Source: Candidatus Limnocylindrales bacterium
GTDB taxonomy: Bacteria > Moduliflexota > Moduliflexia > Moduliflexales > JAUQPW01
Length of the DNA: 64,000 nt
Direction: 5' to 3'
Assembly: GCA_035559535.1 (NCBI GenBank)
Contig: DATMBG010000012.1
Span: forward strand, 62,001-126,000
The notes beneath the pieces are model-generated. The model was not told where the DNA came from, ran no database searches, and was given only the letters and a program-made list of their open reading frames with translations. Both the position numbers and the translations under genes were made by a program. Numbering within the stretch: the stretch's first letter is position 1; each line of letters opens with the position of its first letter. Shown in pieces: positions 30,223 through 40,757 of the stretch.

Positions 30223-32243
30223 ACATGGATGGCATGAGAAAACCCCGAAAACCCGGCCGTTTAGTTTTTTTTCAAGGTCGACAAACCGATGGCCAACAAG
30301 GAAATGATTCTGGAGAGGTCAAAACAGGTACTTATAGAAGTACCGAGGACGAGACCGCACTAAGATCATTGTTGGATGCTCTGAGGGCTGTCAAGCAAGG
30401 TGATTTTTCCGTTCGCCTGGAAGTCGAAAAGGATGGTCTTATGGGTGAGATCGCAGAGGCCTTCAATGAAGTCATCAGCCTGAATGAAAATATGGCCAAC
30501 GAGATTGTACGGGTAAGTAAGATTATCGGTGAAGAAGGAAAACTAACCGAACGGTTTTCGCTGGGAACAGCCAAAGGCTCCTGGAAGACCAGCATCGATT
30601 CCATCAATGCTCTTATTAATAATTTGGCCCAACCTACCACGGAGGTTGCCCGGGTCATTACTGCTGTTGCCGAGGGTGATCTGTCGAAAAGAATGGCACT
30701 GGCCGTTGAAGGAAGACCCTTTAAAGGTGAATTTTTGCGGATCGGTACCACCGTTAATACCATGGTGGATCAGTTAAGCACCTTTGCATCGGAGGTAACT
30801 CGGGTTGCTCGGGAGGTAGGTACGGAGGGGAAGTTAGGGGGTCAGGCTGTGGTCAAGGGGGTAGCTGGGACCTGGAAGGATTTGACGGATAATGTCAATG
30901 CCATGGCGGCCAGTCTGACAGCTCAGGTTCGGGACATCGCTCGGGTGACCACGGCGGTGGCTCAGGGTAATCTGGAACAAAAAATTACGGTAGAAGCCAA
31001 GGGAGAAATTCTCGAATTAAAGAATACCATTAATGGGATGGTCGATAATCTTAATACCATCATCGGTGGGATAAATAGTGTCATGGCCATGGTGAGTGAA
31101 GGAATTCTTACCACTACCATTGACGTTGAGGCATCGGGCGAATTTGCCTCTATGGTTAACGGGATCAATGCGACCATAGAGAGCTTACGGGGGATTGTAA
31201 CCGAACTTACCGAAGCGGGAATTAATATCGGTTCAGTTTCACAAAGCATGTTAAATGCGGGGCAGGAGATGAATGAGATGGTTACTCAGTTGTCCTTATC
31301 GGTTGAACAGATTGCCAAGGGTGCTAAAGCGCAGGCTGAACAGATCTCAGGTGCATCACGTGAAAGTGAAATTGTGGGGGTGACTGCTTCTAATACCTTA
31401 ACACGGGCCGAAAGTATGAATCAAATGGCCGAGATTGCCAGCAAAGCTGTTGCAGAGGGTAGTGAAGCCATGGATGAAACGATTAAGAATACCGATCTTA
31501 TGTTGGAAGGTTCCCAACAGTCAGTAGCCAGCATTGAATCCCTGAGTAAGAGCAGTGAGCAAATTCAAGAGATTGTGGATGTTATTCGAGATATTGCAAG
31601 TCAAACTAACATCTTGGCCATCAATGCAGCTATCGAAGCTGTTCGTGCCGGCAAGCATGGTAAAGGTTTTGCGGTCGTTGCTGAGGAGGTAAAATCCCTT
31701 TCTGCAGATAGCAAGGCTCAAGCTAAGAAAATATCGAACTTGGTTAAGTCTATCCAGGAAGAAACAAAGGATACTGTAATTATCATCAAAACCATGGCTG
31801 AGAACGTTAATCTGGGAAAAAGCTCCATTGAACGAACATCCAAAGCATTTAAGGACATTAACCGTGCCATAGAAAGTACTTCCAAAACAGCTAAGGAGAT
31901 CTCGGTAGCTGCTGCAGAGCAAAAGAAGAGTATTGATGCCGTTTCCCAGAGCCTGGATAAAATCAGTGGGATTGCAACGGATACTTCGACTGGAAGTGCA
32001 CAATTAGCAGAGGCTTCTAAGAGTCTTCTTGCGAAGATGCAGGAGGTGACCTCCATTGCAACAACCCTTGCAGAGATGTCTGAAAAGTTCCAGCAGACGG
32101 TAGAGCGGTTTGATATTGCTGAAAATATCTCCAACAATTCGTCGACAAAAATGTATTTAAAGAAATCAAAGGGTAAGAAGCTTTCCCTGCACTTGGGTAA
32201 TCTAGGAAGTAGTACGATCAAAGATAGAGGGAAGGGATGGTAA
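30219..32243 (+). CDS. Soluble methyl-accepting chemotaxis protein with poly-HAMP input
   Basis: EVTRVAREVGTEGKLGGQA..GVAGTWKDLTDNVN HAMP repeats; IASQTNILAINAAIEAVRAGKHGKGFAVVAEEV tip; no TM segment. Confidence 0.92.
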   Translation: MNMDGMRKPRKPGRLVFFQGRQTDGQQGNDSGEVKTGTYRSTEDETALRSLLDALRAVKQGDFSVRLEVEKDGLMGEIAEAFNEVISLNENMANEIVRVSKIIGEEGKLTERFSLGTAKGSWKTSIDSINALINNLAQPTTEVARVITAVAEGDLSKRMALAVEGRPFKGEFLRIGTTVNTMVDQLSTFASEVTRVAREVGTEGKLGGQAVVKGVAGTWKDLTDNVNAMAASLTAQVRDIARVTTAVAQGNLEQKITVEAKGEILELKNTINGMVDNLNTIIGGINSVMAMVSEGILTTTIDVEASGEFASMVNGINATIESLRGIVTELTEAGINIGSVSQSMLNAGQEMNEMVTQLSLSVEQIAKGAKAQAEQISGASRESEIVGVTASNTLTRAESMNQMAEIASKAVAEGSEAMDETIKNTDLMLEGSQQSVASIESLSKSSEQIQEIVDVIRDIASQTNILAINAAIEAVRAGKHGKGFAVVAEEVKSLSADSKAQAKKISNLVKSIQEETKDTVIIIKTMAENVNLGKSSIERTSKAFKDINRAIESTSKTAKEISVAAAEQKKSIDAVSQSLDKISGIATDTSTGSAQLAEASKSLLAKMQEVTSIATTLAEMSEKFQQTVERFDIAENISNNSSTKMYLKKSKGKKLSLHLGNLGSSTIKDRGKGW

Positions 32244-32318
32244 TCTTCAGGTAGTGAGCGGTGGGTCGTAGAGGTGATCGGTCGACCATCTCTGCTGTCC
32301 ACGGCTCACCTCTCCCAA

Positions 32319-32846
32319 ATGTCAGATGAAGTTGTAAGGGATAACCTTGATGAGGAGGAAATAGAAGTTGAAACAGATCAATATCTTGTTTTTACTGTTA
32401 AAAACCAGGAGTTTGGTTTTCAAGCCATGCGGGTCCAGGAGATTTCCTCTGTAATAAATACGACCGAGATTCCCAATGCTCCTCCTTATATTGAGGGAAT
32501 TATGAACCTTCGTGGACGGCTTGCTTCTGTTATTAGTTTTCGTAAGAAATTCGGTTTTGAGCCCAAGGAATATGACGAAGACACCCGCATTATCATTTTA
32601 GAGCAGGGTGGTTTTCCCATTGGAATTGTGGTCGATAGTGTGGAAGAAGTTATCAAAATTCCCGATGAGAAAGTCCAGAAACTACCTCAAACTTCCATTA
32701 CCCCGATCTCGGAAGAGTATATAATAGGCGTAGGCATACTTGATAAGAGGTTAATTATCTTACTCGATGTGGATAAGGTATTGAGTAAAACCGAGATAGC
32801 TGAGGTAAGTACAGTAAGCCAGAGGGCAATGGGTGGAAAGCAGTAA
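32319..32846 (+). CDS. cheW: Chemotaxis coupling protein CheW
   Basis: QYLVF, VQEI, IPNAPPYIEGIMNLRG, GIVVDSV. Confidence 0.93.
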   Translation: MSDEVVRDNLDEEEIEVETDQYLVFTVKNQEFGFQAMRVQEISSVINTTEIPNAPPYIEGIMNLRGRLASVISFRKKFGFEPKEYDEDTRIIILEQGGFPIGIVVDSVEEVIKIPDEKVQKLPQTSITPISEEYIIGVGILDKRLIILLDVDKVLSKTEIAEVSTVSQRAMGGKQ

Positions 32847-32980
32847 GCAATAGGCGATAGGTAATGAACAATAGACGGTGGGTGGTGGATATAAGCGGTA
32901 AACAAAAGATAGAAAGCAGGAAGCGAGGGACTCTACCACCCCCATGTTTGTTTACTGCTCATCACCCCCTATTTATGGAA

Positions 32981-33358
32981 ATGGCAAGGATATTGATTGT
33001 AGATGATGCCTCTTTCATGAGGAACTCTCTAAAATATATTGTTGAAACGGCCGGGCATACGGTAGTAGGTACGGCAAAGGACGGGAATGAAGCTCAAGAA
33101 TTATACAGAAGTCTTAAGCCAGATCTGGTAACTTTGGACATTTTAATGAAAGGTGGAGATGGGCTTTCGGCCCTGAAGAATATTCGGAAAGAGGATCCAA
33201 AGGCGAAAGTTATTATGATTACTGCTTTGGGACAGGAAGAAAAACAAGAGGAAGCTCGTCAGCTAGGTGCGAGTGGATACATAAGAAAACCCTTTAACCA
33301 GACAGAAGTTATCACCGAGATTCAAAGGGTGTTGAATAAAAAAGAGGAGGAAGGATAA
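32981..33358 (+). CDS. cheY: CheY-like single-domain response regulator
   Basis: ILIVDDASFMR, PDLVTLDILM, MITALGQ, YIRKPF; upstream extension is repeat-derived. Confidence 0.88.
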   Translation: MARILIVDDASFMRNSLKYIVETAGHTVVGTAKDGNEAQELYRSLKPDLVTLDILMKGGDGLSALKNIRKEDPKAKVIMITALGQEEKQEEARQLGASGYIRKPFNQTEVITEIQRVLNKKEEEG

Positions 33359-33415
33359 AGGAAATGAGATTTTTTATTCTTTTCATTCCTGGCACTCCTC
33401 CTATCAGAAGGATAA

Positions 33416-35353
33416 GTGTCGGACAAGGATAAGTTAAATTTTTCTATTTTTTTAGACGATTATTTAAACGATACCAAAGAAGGCTTTCAAGAGATCAACA
33501 GGGCTCTTCTGGCACTGGAGAAAGATCCTGCCCAGGTGGACCGACTGGATGAGGTTTTTAGAACCCTTCATACTCTCAAAAGTGCCTCCACAATGCTGGG
33601 ATTTTCAAGCATTGCAGAGCTGGCTCATTTTTCTGAGGACTTTTTAGATCGTCTGCGCAAGCGTGAGTTACCCATCACACAAGAAGTTGTTGATGTTCTG
33701 TTTGAGATTATTGATGCCCTTGAGATGTCGGTTAGACAGCGGACTGAGGGACAAAGTGAAAAAGATCAGGCCCTTATAATCACTGCGAAAATAGAAGAAT
33801 TCAAGCAGAAAATTACCCAGATCGAATTTCATGAATTATTGATACGGCAGGGGGTTCTTATCCTGGATGAATGGGGAATCATCGAATCCCTTAATCCAGA
33901 AGTCGAGCGTATGTTTGGCTACAGGTTCGATGAGATCATCGGGCAGAATGTCAAAGAGCTGATATCCCAGCCTTATAGGGAGATATATGAGACTTACTTC
34001 AATAACTACTTAAAAACAGGCAAAGCAAAAACTCTAGGGATCGGACGCGAGCTTAAGGCTTTACGGAAAGATGGTTCAACTTTTCCCATGGAACTGGCCA
34101 TCAACGAGATGCAGGTAGGTGGACGGCGTTTGTTTATTGGAGTCCTAAGGGATATAACCGGGCGTAAGGGGGAGAAGATTTTCTTACCCGTTATTGAAAA
34201 AACCCGTACTATCCGGGTGAGCATGGATCTTCTGGATTCTCTTTTTGATCAGGTTGGGGAACTGATTATTACCAAGAGTCGTATTGATAATATTATTTCC
34301 GATACAGCCAATAAAGAGCTAAGGACTGCCCTGGCGGCTATGGATCGCATCATCAATGGAGTGCAAGAGAATGTATCTGCTGCCCGTATGGTCCGCGTAG
34401 ATGAAATCTTTCAAAAATTTCCCAGAATGGTGCGGGATTTAGCTCGGGAGGCCCACAAAGAAGTGGAACTGGTTATGGAAGGAAGTGAAATAGAGTTGGA
34501 TAAATCGGTCTTAGATGCCTTGAGTGAACCTCTAATTCATCTGATTAGAAACGCTATAAGTCATGGGATAGAGCCTATTGAGGTTCGGCAGAAACAGAAA
34601 AAAGAAAGGCGTGGCGTTGTCCGACTCGCTGCCAAAAGAGTTGAAAACCACATCTTGATTGAGGTAGAAGACGACGGGGCCGGGATTGATATTCCCTGGA
34701 TGAAGGAGGTGGCAGTCCGAAAAGGGTTTGTAAAACCGGAGGAAGCTAAACTGTTGGAAGATGAAGAGGTGATAGATCTGCTCTTTAAACCAGGATTTAG
34801 TAGTGTGGAAGAGGTAACCGATGTTTCAGGACGGGGTGTAGGGTTAGATGTGGTGATGACCTCAGTCAAGGGATTAGGTGGAACGGTAGAGGTCGCAACC
34901 CAAAAAGGTAAAGGAACTCGTTTTTCTTTGAAGCTACCGTTGACTACAGCCATTATACAAACACTTATGGTAGGAGTTGGTAAACATATTTTTGCAATTC
35001 CTTCTGATATTGTTCTCGAAACCCTTGAAATTGGGCCTGAGGATGTCAAGGAGATCCAGAATGAGAAAGTCTTACTCCTGCGTAACGAGGTCATCCCTTT
35101 TGTTAAACTAAATAATTTGTTGAACATTCCTCAACAAGAGGACTCCAAAGATATGATAGCATTAATCCTTTATAGAGGGGATAAATTTATTGGATTGGGT
35201 GTAGATACGGTATTGGATCAGATAGAAAGTATTATTAAACCCTTTGATCCCATCGCGCAACAAATCAAGGGTTTCTCGGGAGGTACTATTTTGGGAGATG
35301 GACGGGTAGCACTCCTGCTAGATATCCCAGGCTTGTTGGGCAAGGAAAGGTAG
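33416..35353 (+). CDS. cheA: CheA histidine kinase with an internal PAS domain
   Basis: HPt FRTLHTLKS, PLIHLIRNAISHGIE, EDDGAG, PGFSS...SGRGVGLDVV, C-terminal CheW domain; PAS between P1 and P3. Confidence 0.93.
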   Translation: MSDKDKLNFSIFLDDYLNDTKEGFQEINRALLALEKDPAQVDRLDEVFRTLHTLKSASTMLGFSSIAELAHFSEDFLDRLRKRELPITQEVVDVLFEIIDALEMSVRQRTEGQSEKDQALIITAKIEEFKQKITQIEFHELLIRQGVLILDEWGIIESLNPEVERMFGYRFDEIIGQNVKELISQPYREIYETYFNNYLKTGKAKTLGIGRELKALRKDGSTFPMELAINEMQVGGRRLFIGVLRDITGRKGEKIFLPVIEKTRTIRVSMDLLDSLFDQVGELIITKSRIDNIISDTANKELRTALAAMDRIINGVQENVSAARMVRVDEIFQKFPRMVRDLAREAHKEVELVMEGSEIELDKSVLDALSEPLIHLIRNAISHGIEPIEVRQKQKKERRGVVRLAAKRVENHILIEVEDDGAGIDIPWMKEVAVRKGFVKPEEAKLLEDEEVIDLLFKPGFSSVEEVTDVSGRGVGLDVVMTSVKGLGGTVEVATQKGKGTRFSLKLPLTTAIIQTLMVGVGKHIFAIPSDIVLETLEIGPEDVKEIQNEKVLLLRNEVIPFVKLNNLLNIPQQEDSKDMIALILYRGDKFIGLGVDTVLDQIESIIKPFDPIAQQIKGFSGGTILGDGRVALLLDIPGLLGKER

Positions 35354-35358
35354 TAGGT

Positions 35359-35997
35359 ATGAAACACGTGAATCCATGTTTTTCAGAGGAGGAATTAGAC
35401 TTCCTGAGAGAAATGATGAATATAGGAGCAGGTAATGCCGCTACCGCCTTTAGTGAAATACTTGGATGTTCAGTGGATGTTATTATACCCAACGTATATA
35501 AGCTTTCTATCCCGAATATGTTTTCTGTCTTCCATGATCCTTATATGCCTGTGATCTGTGCAAAAATGGAACTGCATGGGGATGTAATGGGAGACCTGTT
35601 TTTTATCGTGCAGGAAACGCAAAAGAGGGACTTAATTCGTTTGATAGAAAAAACTCTTCTGAATTCCAAAGAGTATATGGTCCATCTAGATAACTCTCTA
35701 CTGGGTGAAATTGGCAATATCATTACAGGGGCTTATTTGACTGCCATTCATGACTTTTGCGGGTTAAAGATTTATCATTCTTCTCCCATTCTGGCCATGG
35801 ATCTGCTTCAATGTGTTTTAGATGAATCCGTTGCCACCTTGAACCCTCAAGCCCAAGAAATTATTTTGATTGAAAATGAATTTATCATCATTGGAAAACA
35901 TATTGTAACCTTTTTATTAATCTTTCCTTCGAAAGAGTCTTTTAGGGTTCTGATGGGTTCTCTTCATCAGGCAAAACTGAAATATGGTTTCAGATAG
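35359..35997 (+). CDS. cheC: CheC-family phosphatase
   Basis: Two E-x2-N motifs: LREMMNIGAGNAATAFS and LGEIGNIITGAYL. Confidence 0.88.
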   Translation: MKHVNPCFSEEELDFLREMMNIGAGNAATAFSEILGCSVDVIIPNVYKLSIPNMFSVFHDPYMPVICAKMELHGDVMGDLFFIVQETQKRDLIRLIEKTLLNSKEYMVHLDNSLLGEIGNIITGAYLTAIHDFCGLKIYHSSPILAMDLLQCVLDESVATLNPQAQEIILIENEFIIIGKHIVTFLLIFPSKESFRVLMGSLHQAKLKYGFR

Positions 35998-38900
35998 GTG
36001 TGGGGTCAGGATAAGAGTTGGCAAAGGAGCCAGAAGGATATGAGTGATTTAGTAGGAGATAGCATGGAACAATTGATTCAGGAGCGAGTCAGGAAGCTCA
36101 GGGAAAATACCGATTTTGCACTGGCTCTCTTTGAAGATCTGGTTGGATATGCCATTGTTGCAGCAGACTTTGATGGTAACGTAATTGCCTATAATGAAGG
36201 AGCCTGTCAGGTCTTCGGTTATACTACCGACGAGGTTATTGGTAAACAAAATATTGAAGTATTCTTTCCGAAGGAACTTATTGAAGAAGGCAGGTTACAA
36301 ATTCTTATTGGAGATCTTCTCGGGAAGGAAAGGTTTACCTATGAGGGTGAGAGTATTCGGAAGAATGGTACGCGATTTCCTGCCCAATTTTTACTTACCC
36401 TGGCAAAGGATAAAAATGACAGGGTCATCGGTTTAATCGAAATAGTTCAGGATTTAACAGAACGTAAACGCATTGAAGAAATCGAAGCTTTACGACGCAG
36501 TGAAGAGCATTTTCGCTCGCTGATAGAAAATGCATCGGATCTTATTACGGTTCTAAATGCCCAGGGGATCATGCAATATCAGAGCCCCTCTGTGGAGCGG
36601 ATACTCGGATATAAACCCGAAGAGTTAATTGGTAGAAATGGTTTTGAATTCGTTCATCCAGATGATATTCCAAAAATCCAGGCAGCCTTTATCGAGTTAC
36701 TTCAAAATCCAAATGCTTCGCCGTCTATAGAGATCCGCTTTCGGCATAAAAACGGGTCCTGGCGTGTTCTTGAAACCAAAAGTAAAAATCTTGTCAATGA
36801 GCATGGGTCTTTACAGATCGTTGTAAACTCCCGGGATATTACAGAGCGCAAGCAAGCGGAGGAGGAATATGCGCAACTTCTCCTTCGGGAGCAAATAGCC
36901 CGTGCCAAAGCCGAGGAAGCCGTCGACATGGTTCGGCGGCTTCAAGCTATTACAGATACTGCACTGGCGCATTTGTCCTTGAAGGATTTACTTCCCAAGT
37001 TATTAAACCGTCTCAAAGAACTGTTAGACGCTGATACGATTGTCATTCTATTGGTTGCCGAGGATGAACAACATTTAGTAGTAAAGGCTTCCATAGGGCT
37101 CGAAGGGGAGGTAGCCGAAGGACTTCAGATTCCCATAGGTCAAGGGATAGCGGGTCGAATCGCCGTGGATCGTGAAACACTCATCGTAAATGATCTGGCG
37201 ACAGAGGAAGTTGAAAGTTTAGTCTTACGAGCAAAAGGGATCCGATCGATCGTAGGGGTTCCGTTGATGGTCGAAGGCCGGGTGATTGGAGTTGTTCATG
37301 CCGGTGCCTTTCGTCCTTATCGATTTACTGACAGGGACGCCCTCCTGTTGCAACTTGTTGCCGATCGAATCGGATTGGCCATTGAACATGCCCGTCTTTA
37401 TGAAGAAGAACAGGCTGCGCGTATTGAGGCGGAAGCCGCACAACAACGCCTTGCTTTCCTCGCCCATGCCAGTAGTGTACTTTCTGCTTCCCTGGATTAT
37501 CAAACCCGGCTGGATACGGTAGCAGATCTCGTGGTGCCTTACCTGGCCGATTGGTGTTTTGTGGGTTTGATAGGAGAAAATGGATTGCTCCATCGCATAG
37601 CAGTGGCCCATGCGGATCCCTCCAAGGCCGACCTGGCTCGTAACTTAGAGCAGGCTATGATGCTTTCACCGGATACTCTTCACAGTATTTTTAAAGTACT
37701 ACAGACTGGTCACCCGGAAATTTACCCTGAGATTTCCGATTCCTTCCTTTTAACCATGACCCACGACCCTGAGCACCTTAAACTGCTTCGACAGCTAAAT
37801 CCCAGGTCTTACCTGTGTGTGCCCCTTCAAGTCCAGGGACGGCCTCTTGGTGCTATAACCTTCTTATCTGTTGAATCAGGTCGCCGTTATAACTCTGCCG
37901 ATCTGGCTTTAGCCGAAGATTTTGCTAACCGGGTTGCTGCTCCCATTGAAAACGCACGGCTTTATCAAGAGGCTCAGGAAGCCGATCGACGGAAAGATGA
38001 GTTCCTGGCCATCCTGGGCCATGAACTGCGTAACCCCCTCGCTCCGGTCCGTAATGCCCTCGAGATCATGCGCCTACGTAGTGGAAATGATCCCACCCTG
38101 AAACGGGCAATGGATATTGTAGAACGGCAAATTCAACATATGACCCGGCTTGTGGATGATCTTCTGGACATCTCACGAATCATTCGTGGTAAAGTTCAAT
38201 TAAAAAAGGAACCCTTAGATCTAAACACTATCATAACCCGGGCCATTGAGACCAGTCAACCCTTCATTGAGAATCGTCAGCATGGGCTATTGGTTTCCCT
38301 ACCCCAAGAACCTCTTTGGGTGGAGGGAGATCCCGCTCGACTGGAGCAAATCCTTGTTAATCTGCTCAATAATGCTGCCAAATATACAGAACCCGGCGGT
38401 CGTATCTGGTTGACCTGTACTCAAGAAGGAGAAGAAGCCGTGATCCGAATACGCGATACTGGTATCGGTATTCCTCCAGAAATGCTACTCCGAATCTTCG
38501 ATCTGTTTACCCAGGCAAGTCAATCTTTGGATCGTTCACAAGGCGGCCTGGGTATTGGACTTACGCTGGTAAGGAGTTTAGTACAAATGCACGGTGGAAG
38601 TGTATCGGCCTTCAGTGAAGGTTTGGGCCGGGGAAGTGAATTTGTAGTACGTCTGCCGGTATTGTCTGAAACTGGGTCTAGAACGTTGAACCCCGACTCC
38701 GTAGACCCGAAACCTAAGATTTTGGATTCTAAACGTCGTGTTCTGGTAGTCGATGACAATGTAGATGCAGCAACAACTTTAAGTGAGTTGATAAAACTGT
38801 GGGGGCATGAAGTCTATACGGCTTACGATGGTCCATCGGCTGTGGAAGCAGCACTGACCTACCTGCCGGATATCGTCTTACTGGACATTGGCTTACCTGG

Positions 38901-39096
38901 GATGGATGGCTATGAGGTTGCTCGACAGCTCCGCCAGGAACCTCGCCTGTCCAAAACCCTTCTTATCGCGCTGACGGGATACGGACAGGAGAAAGACCAG
39001 CAATATTCCCAAGAGGTCGGATTCGATCAACACTTTACCAAACCTGTAGATATTCCAACTCTACAACGAATATTGGGTAGTCAACGAAGAGAATAA
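35998..39096 (+). CDS. Hybrid sensor kinase PAS-PAS-GAF-GAF-HisKA-HATPase-REC
   Basis: [31 protein letters not shown]-terminal VVDDN...[11 protein letters not shown]; no TM segment. Confidence 0.93.
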   Translation: MWGQDKSWQRSQKDMSDLVGDSMEQLIQERVRKLRENTDFALALFEDLVGYAIVAADFDGNVIAYNEGACQVFGYTTDEVIGKQNIEVFFPKELIEEGRLQILIGDLLGKERFTYEGESIRKNGTRFPAQFLLTLAKDKNDRVIGLIEIVQDLTERKRIEEIEALRRSEEHFRSLIENASDLITVLNAQGIMQYQSPSVERILGYKPEELIGRNGFEFVHPDDIPKIQAAFIELLQNPNASPSIEIRFRHKNGSWRVLETKSKNLVNEHGSLQIVVNSRDITERKQAEEEYAQLLLREQIARAKAEEAVDMVRRLQAITDTALAHLSLKDLLPKLLNRLKELLDADTIVILLVAEDEQHLVVKASIGLEGEVAEGLQIPIGQGIAGRIAVDRETLIVNDLATEEVESLVLRAKGIRSIVGVPLMVEGRVIGVVHAGAFRPYRFTDRDALLLQLVADRIGLAIEHARLYEEEQAARIEAEAAQQRLAFLAHASSVLSASLDYQTRLDTVADLVVPYLADWCFVGLIGENGLLHRIAVAHADPSKADLARNLEQAMMLSPDTLHSIFKVLQTGHPEIYPEISDSFLLTMTHDPEHLKLLRQLNPRSYLCVPLQVQGRPLGAITFLSVESGRRYNSADLALAEDFANRVAAPIENARLYQEAQEADRRKDEFLAILGHELRNPLAPVRNALEIMRLRSGNDPTLKRAMDIVERQIQHMTRLVDDLLDISRIIRGKVQLKKEPLDLNTIITRAIETSQPFIENRQHGLLVSLPQEPLWVEGDPARLEQILVNLLNNAAKYTEPGGRIWLTCTQEGEEAVIRIRDTGIGIPPEMLLRIFDLFTQASQSLDRSQGGLGIGLTLVRSLVQMHGGSVSAFSEGLGRGSEFVVRLPVLSETGSRTLNPDSVDPKPKILDSKRRVLVVDDNVDAATTLSELIKLWGHEVYTAYDGPSAVEAALTYLPDIVLLDIGLPGMDGYEVARQLRQEPRLSKTLLIALTGYGQEKDQQYSQEVGFDQHFTKPVDIPTLQRILGSQRRE

Positions 39097-39215
39097 AATC
39101 CAGGAGGTCCCTATCTTCCAGGCTCTATCGAATCCATTCATTGTAAGAGCTAAAAACTGCAAAAGTAGCGTATGATATTTTCCAGGAGAACTATAGAATT
39201 CGGAGGAGGGAAATC

Positions 39216-40391
39216 ATGAAAATAGAAACTATTGATTTTTTTTATTTATCGATGCCGGAAATCCTGGATATAGGGGATGGAAGTCAGGATGCCTTGTTGG
39301 TGCGTATACGTGCAGGTAACTACGAGGGTTGGGGAGAGTGTGAGGCCTCTCCTTTGGTATCCATTGCAAGTTTAGTTTGTCCCATGTCCCATAGTGCCTG
39401 CAAACCGGTTCAGGATTCCGTACTGGGTCAAAACATAGAAAGTGTGGAAGATATTGCCCGAATTGGGAACCTGGTTCGGGCCAATAGCCTGGATCTTTTA
39501 CAGGCGGATCATACCCTTTCCGGGATTGATATTGCCCTGTGGGACCTTTTGGGAAAAAAACTGGAACTTCCCATTTATAACCTGCTGGGATATTCCAGAG
39601 CTTATCCCAAAATCCCTTATGCTTCGCAACTTTTCGGAGATACTCCTCAGGAGACTTTTCAGAAGGCACAACAGGTACGACGTCAAGGATACCGAGCAAC
39701 CAAGTTCGGATGGGGGCCTTTCGGCAAGGGAACTGTCCAGATGGATGAGGATCAGGTTCATGCGGCACGAGAAGGTTTGGGCAAAGATGGAATTTTAATG
39801 ATCGATGCGGGAACAGTTTGGGTCGATGATGTGGAGGCTGCAAGCCTCCGCTTGCGGGTATTACAAGATTGTCAGGTGCTCTGGCTGGAGGAACCTTTTA
39901 TTTCCGGGGCTCTAAAATCCTACAAGAAACTGTCGACTTTATCTGGAAGTGTTAAACTGGCCGGTGGTGAAGGTTGCCATAACTATTACATGGCCCAGCA
40001 GATGATCGATTATGCGGGAATCGGTTTTATACAAATTGATACAGGTCGGGCAGGAGGTATTACGACTTCAAAGCAAATTGCAGATTATGCCCATGCAAAG
40101 GGGGTTACCTATGTCAATCACACCTTTACCACCCACCTGGCCCTCAGTGCCTCTTTGCAACCCTACGCCGGATTAAAAGACCATAACCTCTGCGAGTACC
40201 CGGTCGAGCCCAAATCCCTGGCAGTTGAACTTACCCCTACGAAAATACTCCCAGATTCCAATGGGCAAATTCATCTACCCGATGCGCCCGGGTTAGGTAT
40301 CACGCCCGATCCTGAGACGATCCGAAAATATCTGGTGGATGTGGAGATTAAGGCAAAGGGAAGGATACTTTATCGGACCCCTACCCTTTAA
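39216..40391 (+). CDS. Mandelate racemase / muconate lactonizing enzyme family protein
   Basis: GWGE, SGIDIALWDLLGK, MIDAG, WLEEP, AGGE, PGLG. Confidence 0.88.
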   Translation: MKIETIDFFYLSMPEILDIGDGSQDALLVRIRAGNYEGWGECEASPLVSIASLVCPMSHSACKPVQDSVLGQNIESVEDIARIGNLVRANSLDLLQADHTLSGIDIALWDLLGKKLELPIYNLLGYSRAYPKIPYASQLFGDTPQETFQKAQQVRRQGYRATKFGWGPFGKGTVQMDEDQVHAAREGLGKDGILMIDAGTVWVDDVEAASLRLRVLQDCQVLWLEEPFISGALKSYKKLSTLSGSVKLAGGEGCHNYYMAQQMIDYAGIGFIQIDTGRAGGITTSKQIADYAHAKGVTYVNHTFTTHLALSASLQPYAGLKDHNLCEYPVEPKSLAVELTPTKILPDSNGQIHLPDAPGLGITPDPETIRKYLVDVEIKAKGRILYRTPTL

Positions 40392-40509
40392 AAATATCCA
40401 GGGGCTTAGAACCGGCTCTTCTACCAAGTCGGTATTGGGTATAAAGGATAGAAACTACCCCTCCTTTTCCCTTTTAGAGGCCGGTTCTTTCTCACATAAC
40501 TTCCTAATC

Positions 40510-40697
40510 CTATAGCCACCAGGATAAGAATGAGACCTCTGAGGGGTTCCCTTCCTGGCCTTCCGCCGCTCTGTAAGGGAAGGAACTTTGAAGCGAAGTT
40601 TCCTTCCTTCTATCTCCCCCGCGTGCGGGGGGAATGGAGGAGCGGCCTGTGAAACAGGTCGCCCCGCCGGGGCTAACCCCTTTATCCTGGCGCGTAG
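40510..40697. mobile_element. MITE-like element
   Basis: Ends CTATAGCCACCAGGATAAG / TTTATCCTGGCGCGTAG; right half closely matches 48212-48270. Confidence 0.6.
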
Positions 40698-40757
40698 ATT
40701 TAACCTTTGTAAGACAGGACATGGGAATCAAGAGTTAAAGGATAAATAAGATAAACC

